Positions 1-10,011 of a DNA stretch of 64,000 nt are shown in pieces. How positions within the stretch are numbered: the stretch's first letter is position 1; each line of letters begins with the position of its first letter. Source of the DNA: Diplonema japonicum (lineage: Eukaryota; Protista; Euglenozoa: Diplonemea); NCBI GenBank assembly GCA_964019335.1, contig OZ025702.1, forward strand, positions 455,751 to 519,750, read 5' to 3'. The notes beneath the pieces are model-generated. The model did no database searches. It saw only the letters and a list, made by a program, of their open reading frames with translations, and was not told where the DNA came from. The position numbers and the translations under genes were made by a program.

Positions 1-69
1 TCGGTCTGTTCCCCCTTTTTTTTTGTTTTTATTTTTTTAAATATTCAATAGGAGTCCGAACTCGTTCTG

Positions 70-1498
70 ATGTCTCTTGACGAGCTGAAGGCGACGATGA
101 GAGAGAATGGGGTGGGAGGGGTGCTGGGGGCAAGGATCGAAGTGCAGTGGAAGGTGTTGCAAAAGACACATGTGGCGTGCCATGAGAGGGACCGGAGGGT
201 GGGAGCCGTGAACATGAAGGTAAAGGAAAAGATACAATCACAGAGGGTGAGCAATGAGATCTACGCGTACCAGAAACAGCTGAGCGACCAAATGATCGAA
301 GATCAGGTCGAACGGCAAAAGATAGACCAGGCACGACTGGCGCAGGCTCAGTTCGAGCACCTGGAAGAACTGGAACGGACACAGGCGCGTGTCGCCCGCC
401 CTGACGAACAGCGGCTCCTCAACACCCGCGAGGAGCTGTGGCAGCTCAACTTCGACGAGGCCATCCGAAGCCATGTAGATGCCGCACCTCTCACCTCCAC
501 TTCTCGCCCCACCACTGGCATCCTCTCACCCATACGCCGTCCCCGAAGGGAGCCCAGATCCCCAACCAAGGCCTTTGAGGTCCCCGTTTCCCCCGGCAAG
601 CCGGGCCTCTCCAGACGTACCCGTCTCGCCGCCGACGGTGCCGTGCAGTCCAGGTCAGACCCGAACAGATGTGTCACGGTGTGTTTCTTTGAAAGGGAAA
701 AAAAAAAATGTAAAACCTCAACAGAGCCCCCACCACGACCCCGCCCCGTCCGGCATCCGCGTCCTGTCCCCCCAGCGGTGGGGTGACACCACCACCGAAG
801 GCCCTCCGCAGCGGTTGTGCGTCAAACCCGTGCATGACACACTGACACGCAGGGGCAACCCTTGCGAGATGTCCTTTGACACCCCGACGAAGGCAGCAGG
901 CCCGAAAGGACTCGCATCGCCGTGCAACCCTAACGAGTGTCCTAGCACGCCAGATGCAGCGAGAGCGGCGAAGAGACTGTTTCAAAAGAAAAACGAGAGC
1001 AACCTGCAGAGGGGCACGGATATGTACGCAAGGGAGCTGCCGGTGCCACGGCCGGAAGTGACGGAGAGGAAGAACAAAAGGCGCATAATACTGCCAGATG
1101 AAGGGGGACAGCCGGGGTTCGAGCCAGGGTACATCGGAATCCCTAAGAAAGGCATCTCGCGGTCTGCTTCCACGCCTGCTGTGGTGGCAAATCCGAACTG
1201 CGTGAACAGCGAAGAGCAGGACGCAAGGGTCGGAAGAAGTAATGTTAAGCAGACACAAGGGGACCATGGTGTCATGCCGCCTTGGGTGGGCTCTGCCGAC
1301 CCCACACCGCAACCACATCCTAACAAGCACAGAGACGAAGGCGTCATGCCGTGGGACAACAACACAAAGGTTTCCCCACACAGGAAACGCGTAAGGCCCG
1401 TTCAGCAAAACCAAGCGCAGCAGCGCTCCTCTTCGCACCGCAGAAGAACAGCCCCGAGAAATGACTGCGGCGTCATGCCGGGTGCAGCCGGTTGGTGA
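70..1498 (+). CDS. Hypothetical protein, N-terminal coiled coil plus disordered C-terminal half; 2 exons (70-678, 725-1498), about 460 aa
   Basis: Track ORFs 70..786 and 479..1498 join in frame via a 46-nt GTGTGT...CAACAG intron (679-724); no recognisable family; GVMP motif occurs three times near the C-terminus. Confidence 0.6.
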
Positions 1499-1648
1499 GC
1501 ACCGTTCCCCCTACCCTTCCCTTCCCTTCGCTCTTTTTCCCCATTTTTTTCCTTTTTTTTTCTTTTTTAATGTTTAGATCCATGTACTCACTCTGTTGTA
1601 AAAAGTATTAAGAGAGATATAAGAGTATCCCACCCACTCTGCAGGCGT

Positions 1649-3820
1649 ATGATGGTGGATGACTTCCCCAAGAAAGTCCTGTTCCTGGTCTTGGTGCTAT
1701 CGAGGGTAACGGTGAGCAGCACAGGGAGCTGTTGCGAGGGCTTGGATGCTGCGTGTGTTGCGTGTGCGGCTAATATAACGGTGCCGCAGGCATGTCTGAA
1801 GATCTCTCCATGGCTAGCGGGTTGTCCTGCTCAGGACGACTGTAACAACCAACTAACTGGGTCGCCTTGTGATGCGAGCCAGCAGTGCTACGACTGGACG
1901 GGGGAGATCGATGGCATCTACGAGTGTCAATGCGTGGGCGGCCTTGTGGGCCATATGGCCAGCGGCAATGCCAAGTGCTTCTTGAACCCCTGTGACACAC
2001 AAACTTGTTCGTCATTCAACGCTACCTGCACCCTAGATTGGGTGAACGGCCGCCCGACGGCCCTCTGCTCCTCTCTATACCAGCCGTGTTACCGATCTGC
2101 TGACACGCCCTGGCCTCTTAACGCTCCTCAGCCAATCCCTAGCTCTTGGACGGGCCCCCTTGACTCTTGCAACACTTGTTCTTGCTCCAACGGAGTCTTA
2201 ACATGTACCTCTAAAACGTGCCCCCCTCCCGACCGGCTGCTCTGTTCCAATAACACTGACTGTACAGAAGATGGTTATTCTTGCAACGGTTCATTTTGCA
2301 CCCCGCTTCTCTATAACTGTAAGACGCCAGCGACCGAAGGGTGGACGCAGGCGAAGAAGGATTGGTGCTGCAAAAACGGCACATGCACGCCAGCGAACCC
2401 GTGTGCGCGTGACAAGCTCTCGAGTGAGTGTGTACCGAAGGGATGCTGCACTGCGAGCGGCGTAGCATCCTGCGCCGCTTGCATGGCTAACGTGACCATC
2501 GAACATTTCTGTCGTGACAACCCCAGTACCAAAGGGTGTCCGTTATGTGCGGGGTGCAAAGGAAACTGCAGCATCACCGAGGAGGAGGGCGTTATCCAGA
2601 CGAACTGCACCAACTCCACCATGCAATGCGAAAAGCAGACTAGCCTCGACGAGTGCGTGGGCCCCTGCCAGTGGCACCTTTCGAACCAAGTCTGTGTTGA
2701 CGCAAAAACATTCTGCTCAGGATGCGAAATCGGGTGTGAGAGCAACGGGAAGTACATCGCCTGTGCTGCGTACAATGCGTGGTCAGAGTGCCCAGTGGAG
2801 CGCTCCTGCTTTGGGGTCAACCCGAGCAATATGAATGACCGATTCTGTTGTCCAGACGGGCAGTACTGCAGCACGGAATGGCATAAAGGTGGCGAGTTCG
2901 GTGTTTTTGGCGGTGTTTGCATTCCCCACTACGACCCCTGCCAGCAGCACACCTGCTCTGCAGGGGACACTTGCGTAACGGAATCCGGAAAACCGTCGTG
3001 CAAGCGCACCGTCCCGGAGTTTGCGTTCGACTGCCCACCAGGGCAGCGGTCCATGCCTTCGTACTCCGGCAGGAACATCAACCATACCTGCACACCAATT
3101 TTCCCTTCAAACCCTTGCAAGGATCAGTGTGCTGATGGGTACACATGCACAGTGAGCGTGAAGGACAACCACAGAGTGGCTGCGTGCCGCAAGGACAGCT
3201 TCAACGCAAAGTGCAACACAATCCGAGCCAACCAAGGCCTTCCTGTGTGCACATATGAATGTGAAGTCCTGTACGAGGACAACACAAGGTACGCCCATCA
3301 CCCCACACACACAACTGAACAGGTGCATTGAGATCGATGGTGTGGATAAGTGCAAAGATACATTGGTGTGGCCCCCTCTAGGTGTGCAGGGCTGCACCAT
3401 TGATGCAGACTGCAGGGTATTGTTTTTTTCCCCTTTTTTTCTTAAACAACGCAATTTGACAGACGGGCGAGTACTGCACAGGGTTCACCCCCATACCGCT
3501 GTGCAACGCATCCTGCGGCAGCGTGACGGAGTATTTGCGCAACGGGTTCAGATCCTGCGAGCCCGCGCGCTTCACCTGCAGCATGGACACGCGTGCCCTG
3601 TGGACCACCGAAGAGACCAACTACTGCTGTGGGATGATGGAGGTGTGCACAACATGTATCCCCCCCTTCACGCCACTCAGATCGGCTGCAGCGCGTACAA
3701 CTGTCTCGAAGGTGACCCTGACAACTGGCATCAGGAAAAGGCGGCGTACTGCTGCTCACGGGTAGGGCTGGGTTGTTTAGTGGTATGCATTCACTGAAAA
3801 AAAAAAGGAAAAAAAAAAGG

Positions 3821-3852
<32 letters not shown>

Positions 3853-5564
3853 ATAATCCCATTTCCACAGGGATTTGACTGCACATCGAGGCGGCCATAC
3901 AGCGAATGGTCGTTTAAAAAGAGAGTCCACTGCTGCAACGAAGGGGTGGGCTGCCCAGCACCTCGGTATTCATGCGAAGGGGACGAGGCAGCATGGAAAC
4001 AGGAGGAGAAAGACGCGTGCTGCACATTGAAGGGAAAGGTATTCATACCCCACAACCAACAAAAAAAACCCACACACAGGGATGCCCTGCTGGGGGTTTC
4101 AAGTGCAACGAAGGGATAACAGAACCCGCGAACAAGGAATGGTGCTGCAGGACACAACAGCTTCTGTGCGAAGCGGTGGAGACATACCAGTGCAACGAGC
4201 AGTACAAGGAAAAATGGAACGCGGAAGAGAGAAAATGGTGCTGTTACAACAGGGCAATAGGGTGCGAGGTACTACGCGGGTGGGCTTGCTTCGAGAGCGA
4301 CCGAACAAAATGGTCGTTGGGCCAACAGCAGTGGTGCTGCGACACCTACGGAATGGGATGCGGCGGGCAGTTCGATGCGCTGTACTGCTCACAAGACATC
4401 CTGCAGTGGTCCAAGGATAAAAACGAAACGTGTTGTACCATCCACGGTATGGGATGCCCGGTAGCGTGCGAGCTCCCTTCGGACCACCTCAACCATGACC
4501 AACAACAATACTGCTGTGACACGCTCGGCTCGCACTGCCAACAGCAAACCGGTTCCTCAGTATCCCTCCCGTCCACCCCACGAGGATCTTCGCGTGTACT
4601 TATCCTCCTCAAATCCAACTGGGTTCAAGTCCGATCCAAGCCGAAAATATTCGTCTGGAAGCTCCGAGCAACCATCGCGGCCATCAACGCCGAACTGATC
4701 TCGCGATTTGAAACCATACAAATCCGCAAAGTGTATTACACCAGTTCGGGTGGAAAGCCTTTAGAATACGCGTCACTGCAACAAGAATGGGAGAAATCCC
4801 AGAACGAGGCGTGGGGTGGTTCGAAGGAGAAACAAAGCGCTGTTCTAGTAGCACCGAAGAATAGGAAATCAACCGGCCTCGCATCGACGGTATCTGGGTA
4901 TTACACATCTGCACAAGATGTTATAGGTGTCGAGCTTGACATTCCGAGCGAACACTTTTCATCGTTAAGTTATTACATGAGCCAGGCGGAGGAACAACGC
5001 GGTGTTCTTGCAGGTGGCAGGCAAGGGACGGGGATGGTCATTGTCCCCGTTCGTGGTTGGGGTAGAATTGTTGACTCCTCTACAAAATCTCCAGAGGGAA
5101 CTCATGAACATTCTGGCCACGATGAGGACGATTCTGACCGGGCACAGTATTCTGTAGGACTGTTAGCCGTGCCTGTCGTTCTTGCTTGCTTGGTTCTCAG
5201 CATGTTAGTCATTTTAGTGTATTACAGAAAATATTTTTCAAACGATACTATCGTGACCATGAATACCTTTCGGGATCTTGAGAAGAATCAAGAAAAGGGG
5301 CATAACTACATCCCGCCGCTTGTAGTGACCGCGAACCCTGATGAGGTGACGACGCACTCTTTTTCGTACGCGGAGTCGAGCAATTTGCATAACACATTTA
5401 ACGGTGGGGTTCACGAAGAATGCGGAGCGGGGGAGCCAAAGAATCCCTTGAAGTTGGAGAATTTGAAATTGCTTCAGGCTGAACTAGCTGAATCAGAGGC
5501 CGCAAGGCAGTTCGGAGATGAGTATAACTTGAGTGTTTTACCAACTCCATTGCCTTTTCGATAA
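1649..5564 (+). CDS. Large cysteine-rich type I membrane protein (about 1222 aa; 6 exons: 1649-3288, 3323-3416, 3463-3642, 3681-3782, 3871-4038, 4080-5564)
   Basis: Hydrophobic N-terminal signal-like segment; EGF-like and pacifastin-like (CNTCSCSNGVLTCTSKTC) modules; 10 C-x(6-9)-W-x6-CC-x(4-6)-C type repeats; TM helix VGLLAVPVVLACLVLSMLVILVYY. Five GT-AG introns (34, 46, 38, 88, 41 nt) restore one continuous frame. Confidence 0.8.
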
Positions 5565-5615
5565 GAAATGGGGTGGTCAGAAGAGCAGTTTTCTCAGAAA
5601 ATAAAAGAAGAAGGG

Positions 5616-5618
<3 letters not shown>

Positions 5619-5647
<29 letters not shown>
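5619..5647. repeat. (GT)n microsatellite
   Basis: Direct reading of gtgtgtgt run. Confidence 0.95.
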
Positions 5648-6665
5648 GTTTTGTTGTTGTGTGTTTTTTTTTTTTTTTTTCCCCCCTTTTTTTTTTCCTT
5701 CCTCCTCCCCTTCCCCTTCCCACCTAATAGGGTATTTTCTATTCAGTTAGTCTTTGCCGAAGGGTCAAAATAAAAAATTAAAAAAAAAGAATGGAGGAAA
5801 GAAAAAAAAAAGAAAAAGAAACAAAAATAGTAAATTTGTCGCTTTGAGGGGGGGGGGTGCAAAAGTAACAAAAAAAGAAATCTAGTGTCAAGTACATCCT
5901 TTCTCAACACAGTAAGAAAGAAAAAAAAAAAGGACAAGTTTATAAACATCAATTTTTTTTCTCCCTCTCCTAACCACATTGCAATTTGAACAGCGAAATA
6001 AACAAGAAAAAAAAAGACAGCAAAAAAAAATAAAAAAAGAAGAAAAAGAAAAAAAGGAGTGCCAAAAAGCCGAACGCAAGGGAGAGGGGGGGGGGGGGGG
6101 GGGGAGGGAGAATCTAACCAGTCTTAGCTACCAGAAAAAGAAAAAAGAAGGGAAAAAAAAAAAAAAAAAAAACAGCGCCAACACGGCCAAATATTTGTGG
6201 GTTTGGACACCGAACGCTCGCCTGCCCTTCAGAATCCTCTTCACCCTTTTTTTCTGAATGTCTCTTTTTTTTTTTCTCTTTTTTCCCCCCCTCCAAACGA
6301 TGAACAAACTTGTTATGGTAATTATCAAATAAAGAATGCTTGGACAAGCCAACGTGCCCGCAAAAAAAGAATAATCGCTGTATTAGACAAATGATATCCT
6401 CCCCCCCCCCCCCCCCCCCTAATGATATCCCCCCCCCCTAAACTAAGAGCAACTTTTCCTGTTCTTTTTTTTATATTTTTTTTTATTTCGTGCATTACTT
6501 CCCTTTCATTACATGCCCCGCCCCTTATTTGTTTTTTCCGGAATTTTTTTTTTTACTTCTTCTTTCCCCCCTTTTTCTGGGAAAGTGGGAAAAAAAAAAA
6601 AAAAAAAAAAGAAACCAAACAATGTGAACCCCCTCCGCCGTCTCGCGGTCTCTTCTTCTTCTTTC

Positions 6666-6865
6666 NNNNNNNNNNNNNNNNNNNNNNNNNNNNNNNNNNN
6701 NNNNNNNNNNNNNNNNNNNNNNNNNNNNNNNNNNNNNNNNNNNNNNNNNNNNNNNNNNNNNNNNNNNNNNNNNNNNNNNNNNNNNNNNNNNNNNNNNNNN
6801 NNNNNNNNNNNNNNNNNNNNNNNNNNNNNNNNNNNNNNNNNNNNNNNNNNNNNNNNNNNNNNNNN
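6666..6865. other. Assembly gap (200 N)
   Basis: Run of n characters. Confidence 1.
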
Positions 6866-7771
6866 AATATAAAAAAGGAAAGGAGTCCCTTTCTTTTTTT
6901 TCTGTCTTTTTTTTTTTTCTCGAAGAAAAAAAAAAAGAAGAAGGAAGAAGAAAAGAAAAATAATAATAGACAGTACGCGCCTTTAAACATGGGACAGGAA
7001 TCATGGGGAGGCACGGCAGGCCAAAAAAAAAAAAAAAAAGAACACTCTCTTTCTCGAGAAAAGAAAAGAAAATCGACTACTGTCTTGTTCTGCATGATGA
7101 ACTCGATGGAAGAAGAGGAGGAAAGAAAAAAAAAAAAAAAAACGAAATTTTTAACGGAAATCATATTTAGAAGAGATTAGAACTCTTGTATTGCATACCC
7201 TTCCCCAGTAACGTTGGCCAGTTTCCTTTAAAAAAAAAATGTGTCATAAGAGAAATTGAGGGCAGCAGGACCATTGTCTTCTTGGCATTGGTCTCAGATG
7301 TGTGATGGAACCTGCGCGAGTCAAAGTGAGGGGGAATGGTGCATAAAGATTCCCTTTCATGGGTTGGCATATTATTAGCAGCACAATGGGTGTCCAGTTT
7401 TTTTTTTTTTTTTTTTTTTTTTTATTCCCAGCAAAATAATGGCGGAGAGGGCAGGGGTGTAGGACCTTCCCTCAACTTAGTTTTTCTTTCTTTTTTTTTT
7501 TTTTTTTTTTCTTGGAAGAGAATCATTGGTATTCCTTCAAAAAATAGGGGGGGAAGGGTAGACCCCTTTTCCCCTTTTAAAGCGTTTTTTTTTTTCCCCT
7601 GTGTAATGATTTTCTTTTCTTCCCTTTACCCAGAGTGGTTGGAAGACAAAGAATATATTGAAAAGGCTTCAGTGGGTCTGGTGCATCTGTATGTACTGAA
7701 AACTTTTTTTTTTAAAAGATTTTAAAAAGCGAGTGTTGTTCCCCTCCAAAGGAAGTACCCTTTCATTACCT

Positions 7772-7812
<41 letters not shown>

Positions 7813-8223
7813 CCCTGAGAAGAAGAAAGGGGGAAAGGAATGGAAAGAAAAAGAACAGGGTGGATGATGAGAGGCATACTCTCGTGGTCCCTCTCTCCTT
7901 TTCTTTTTATTCTCTTTTGCCCCCCCGTGTAGGGAAGGGGAAAAAAATGAAGAACCCCCCCTTTTTTTTCTTTTTTGTACTAAAGTCTTTTTTTTTTCCC
8001 CCCTAAAAAGAAGCATTCACGGAAGGAATGGAAGAAGAACAAATGAGCCGGAACCAATGAAAGAAAAAGAAAATGGGGGGAGGGGTTAAGTATTGGGATA
8101 CCGGGAGTTTTAAAAGGCCCCCAGGTGACATACCTTTCCCTTCCTCCCCTTTTTTTTAAAAAACTCTGTTGTTGGAGTATATTCGTCCAACCCCCTTCCT
8201 GTGGTTTCTTTTCCCCTCGCCCT

Positions 8224-8263
<40 letters not shown>

Positions 8264-8763
8264 AATCGGTGTTGTGTGTTAACTGGTTTCTACCAAACAC
8301 ATCCAAAAGCAACTACTTTTTTTTTTTTTTTTTTTTTCCACCTCCCGTTCTTACCTTCTCCCCCCCTTCAGTTTTTTTTTTTTTTTTTTCGTGAGCACCA
8401 GAGGGCCACCTCTTTTAAAAAAGAAAAAAAAGGAAAAGGGGGGAAAAAAACAAAAAAAAAAAAACAAAAAGTTATTTTTGCACTGTTTTTTTTCGAGCCA
8501 CCAACATACAAAACCTTTTTCAGAGGTACAAAAAAAAAAAAAAAAGAAGAACCCCCTTAAGAAAAGTACTGCCATCTAAACAAAAAAAGGGGAACGTTTG
8601 GCCAGCGTGTTTCGGGTTTTTTATTTAAAAAGAAAAGACTTCTCCAGTTTTTTTTTTCTTTACCCTGACATCGTAAAACCAAAACAACGGCCAGTTCCTT
8701 TCTTTTTTTTTCCCCCCCCTTAATTTTCTTTTTAATTTTCTTTTCGTCTGTGCAACTCTTTTT

Positions 8764-10011
8764 TTGGGTTGGTCCGATCTCGCCCCCATGGCAAGACAGG
8801 CGGAAACCATCAAGAAGAAGTGCACGACGCTGGTGCATCTCACGCTACACAAGAAGTCCTCGTTGGATGAGGCCAACAAAATGTTCACCACCTGGGTTGG
8901 AGGTAAGGACTTCGACCTCTCCAGGCCGAGGGTATACCCGGAGTGCGCGAAGACCACGGTCTGTGTGGCATCCAACAGAGCACCGGAGCTACTAGGTAGG
9001 AGTGGCAAGGACGGGATCACCGCAAGGCTGCCGATGGATGAGACCTCTGACAGCGTGGTGTGGCTGAAGAAGGGTATGACACTCGAGATGGCCGTCTCGG
9101 TGGCACAGAAGTACCAGCAATACGCTGGGGTTGCGGTGGACCAGCGACAGCGGGTTGGTATTCGTGTGGCGCCGGGTACAGCGGAGAACGAACTCCGGAA
9201 GAACCTCGAAGCCAAGGGTCTAGCGACACCGCAGACGGAGGCTTGGTATCTGGAGAAGGTGCCACGCGACATGAGACCAACAGAGCTCAAGATGATGTTG
9301 GCTGCATGGGGGTGGACGGTCGAGGTGACTCGGTCATCCCTAAGAGGGTCGACCAAAAGGTGGATGCTGCTAGCACAGAAGGAGCCACCCGGGTTCGAGG
9401 TGCCGCTGTTCGGTGGGATCGGACTGCTAAGGAAGAAGAACGAGCGCCGAGTGGACGCCAAGATGGAGGAGACCGACGCGGAGAAGGGCGACGTGACATC
9501 GAAGACTGTGGTAAACCAAAGACCGAAAAAGACGGCTGGGGCGAAGGCGAAGAACCCGAATGCGAGAGACCCGAAGGCGAAAAACCCAAAGGCGAAAAAC
9601 CCGAAGGCGAAGAAGGAAGGTGTAGGGATCGGCGGGACTGTGACGTTCCAAGGTGGCACGACGAGCGCCTGGAAACCCCAACAACCTTCGTTGTCGTCCC
9701 CGCAGCCTACACCACCGAACTGGGCGGACATGGTGAACGGCATCATCGCAGAGGCACTGAAACCCATCGTCCAACAGATCCAGCAACTGCAGCAGGCCGT
9801 ACAGCAGGTTACCGCTACCAAGAAACCAGAACCGACCCCGCCCACCCAAGACCCGCTTGGAGCTACCGATGTGGTACAAAGGTTGATCGCGCAGGCAATG
9901 GCGCCTATGGTGCAACAGCTAGGCGCAACTCAACAACTTCTACAACAACATCAACAAAAACAACAACATCAGAAGTGTGCAACAGGGAAGAGCACACATC
10001 GCCAAAGATGA
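8764..10011 (+). CDS. L-A ORF1 (truncated), with basic KAKNP repeats and Gln-rich coiled-coil tail
   Basis: Aligns by eye to the central part of ORF1 of the 58.6-kb element (LLGRSGKDGI/ILMRSGEDGV, VVWL/VLWL, GIRV/GVRV, GWTV/GWPV); frame is open right up to the upstream T-run; first ATG at 8788. Confidence 0.8.
   Translation: MGWSDLAPMARQAETIKKKCTTLVHLTLHKKSSLDEANKMFTTWVGGKDFDLSRPRVYPECAKTTVCVASNRAPELLGRSGKDGITARLPMDETSDSVVWLKKGMTLEMAVSVAQKYQQYAGVAVDQRQRVGIRVAPGTAENELRKNLEAKGLATPQTEAWYLEKVPRDMRPTELKMMLAAWGWTVEVTRSSLRGSTKRWMLLAQKEPPGFEVPLFGGIGLLRKKNERRVDAKMEETDAEKGDVTSKTVVNQRPKKTAGAKAKNPNARDPKAKNPKAKNPKAKKEGVGIGGTVTFQGGTTSAWKPQQPSLSSPQPTPPNWADMVNGIIAEALKPIVQQIQQLQQAVQQVTATKKPEPTPPTQDPLGATDVVQRLIAQAMAPMVQQLGATQQLLQQHQQKQQHQKCATGKSTHRQR

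Noticed and set aside
6389-6440. Short tandem duplication aatgatatcc + C-run
   Set aside because: Close to an assembly gap and within homopolymers; likely slippage or assembly noise
5568-8760. Many short ORFs rich in Phe, Lys, Gly and Pro in this and other spacers
   Set aside because: They are translations of T, A, G and C homopolymer runs (and an N gap), not genes
8625-9845. Long antisense ORFs over LINE sequence (also 12170-13108, 13514-14290, 59974-61341)
   Set aside because: Shadow frames of GC-rich coding sequence with no independent protein features
9060-10007. 316-codon N-terminal extension of the 1774-aa ORF overlapping ORF1
   Set aside because: Non-ATG start and no recognisable motifs. 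The overlapping frame (ORF1) is the one conserved with L-C, and openness is explainable by few T-ending codons
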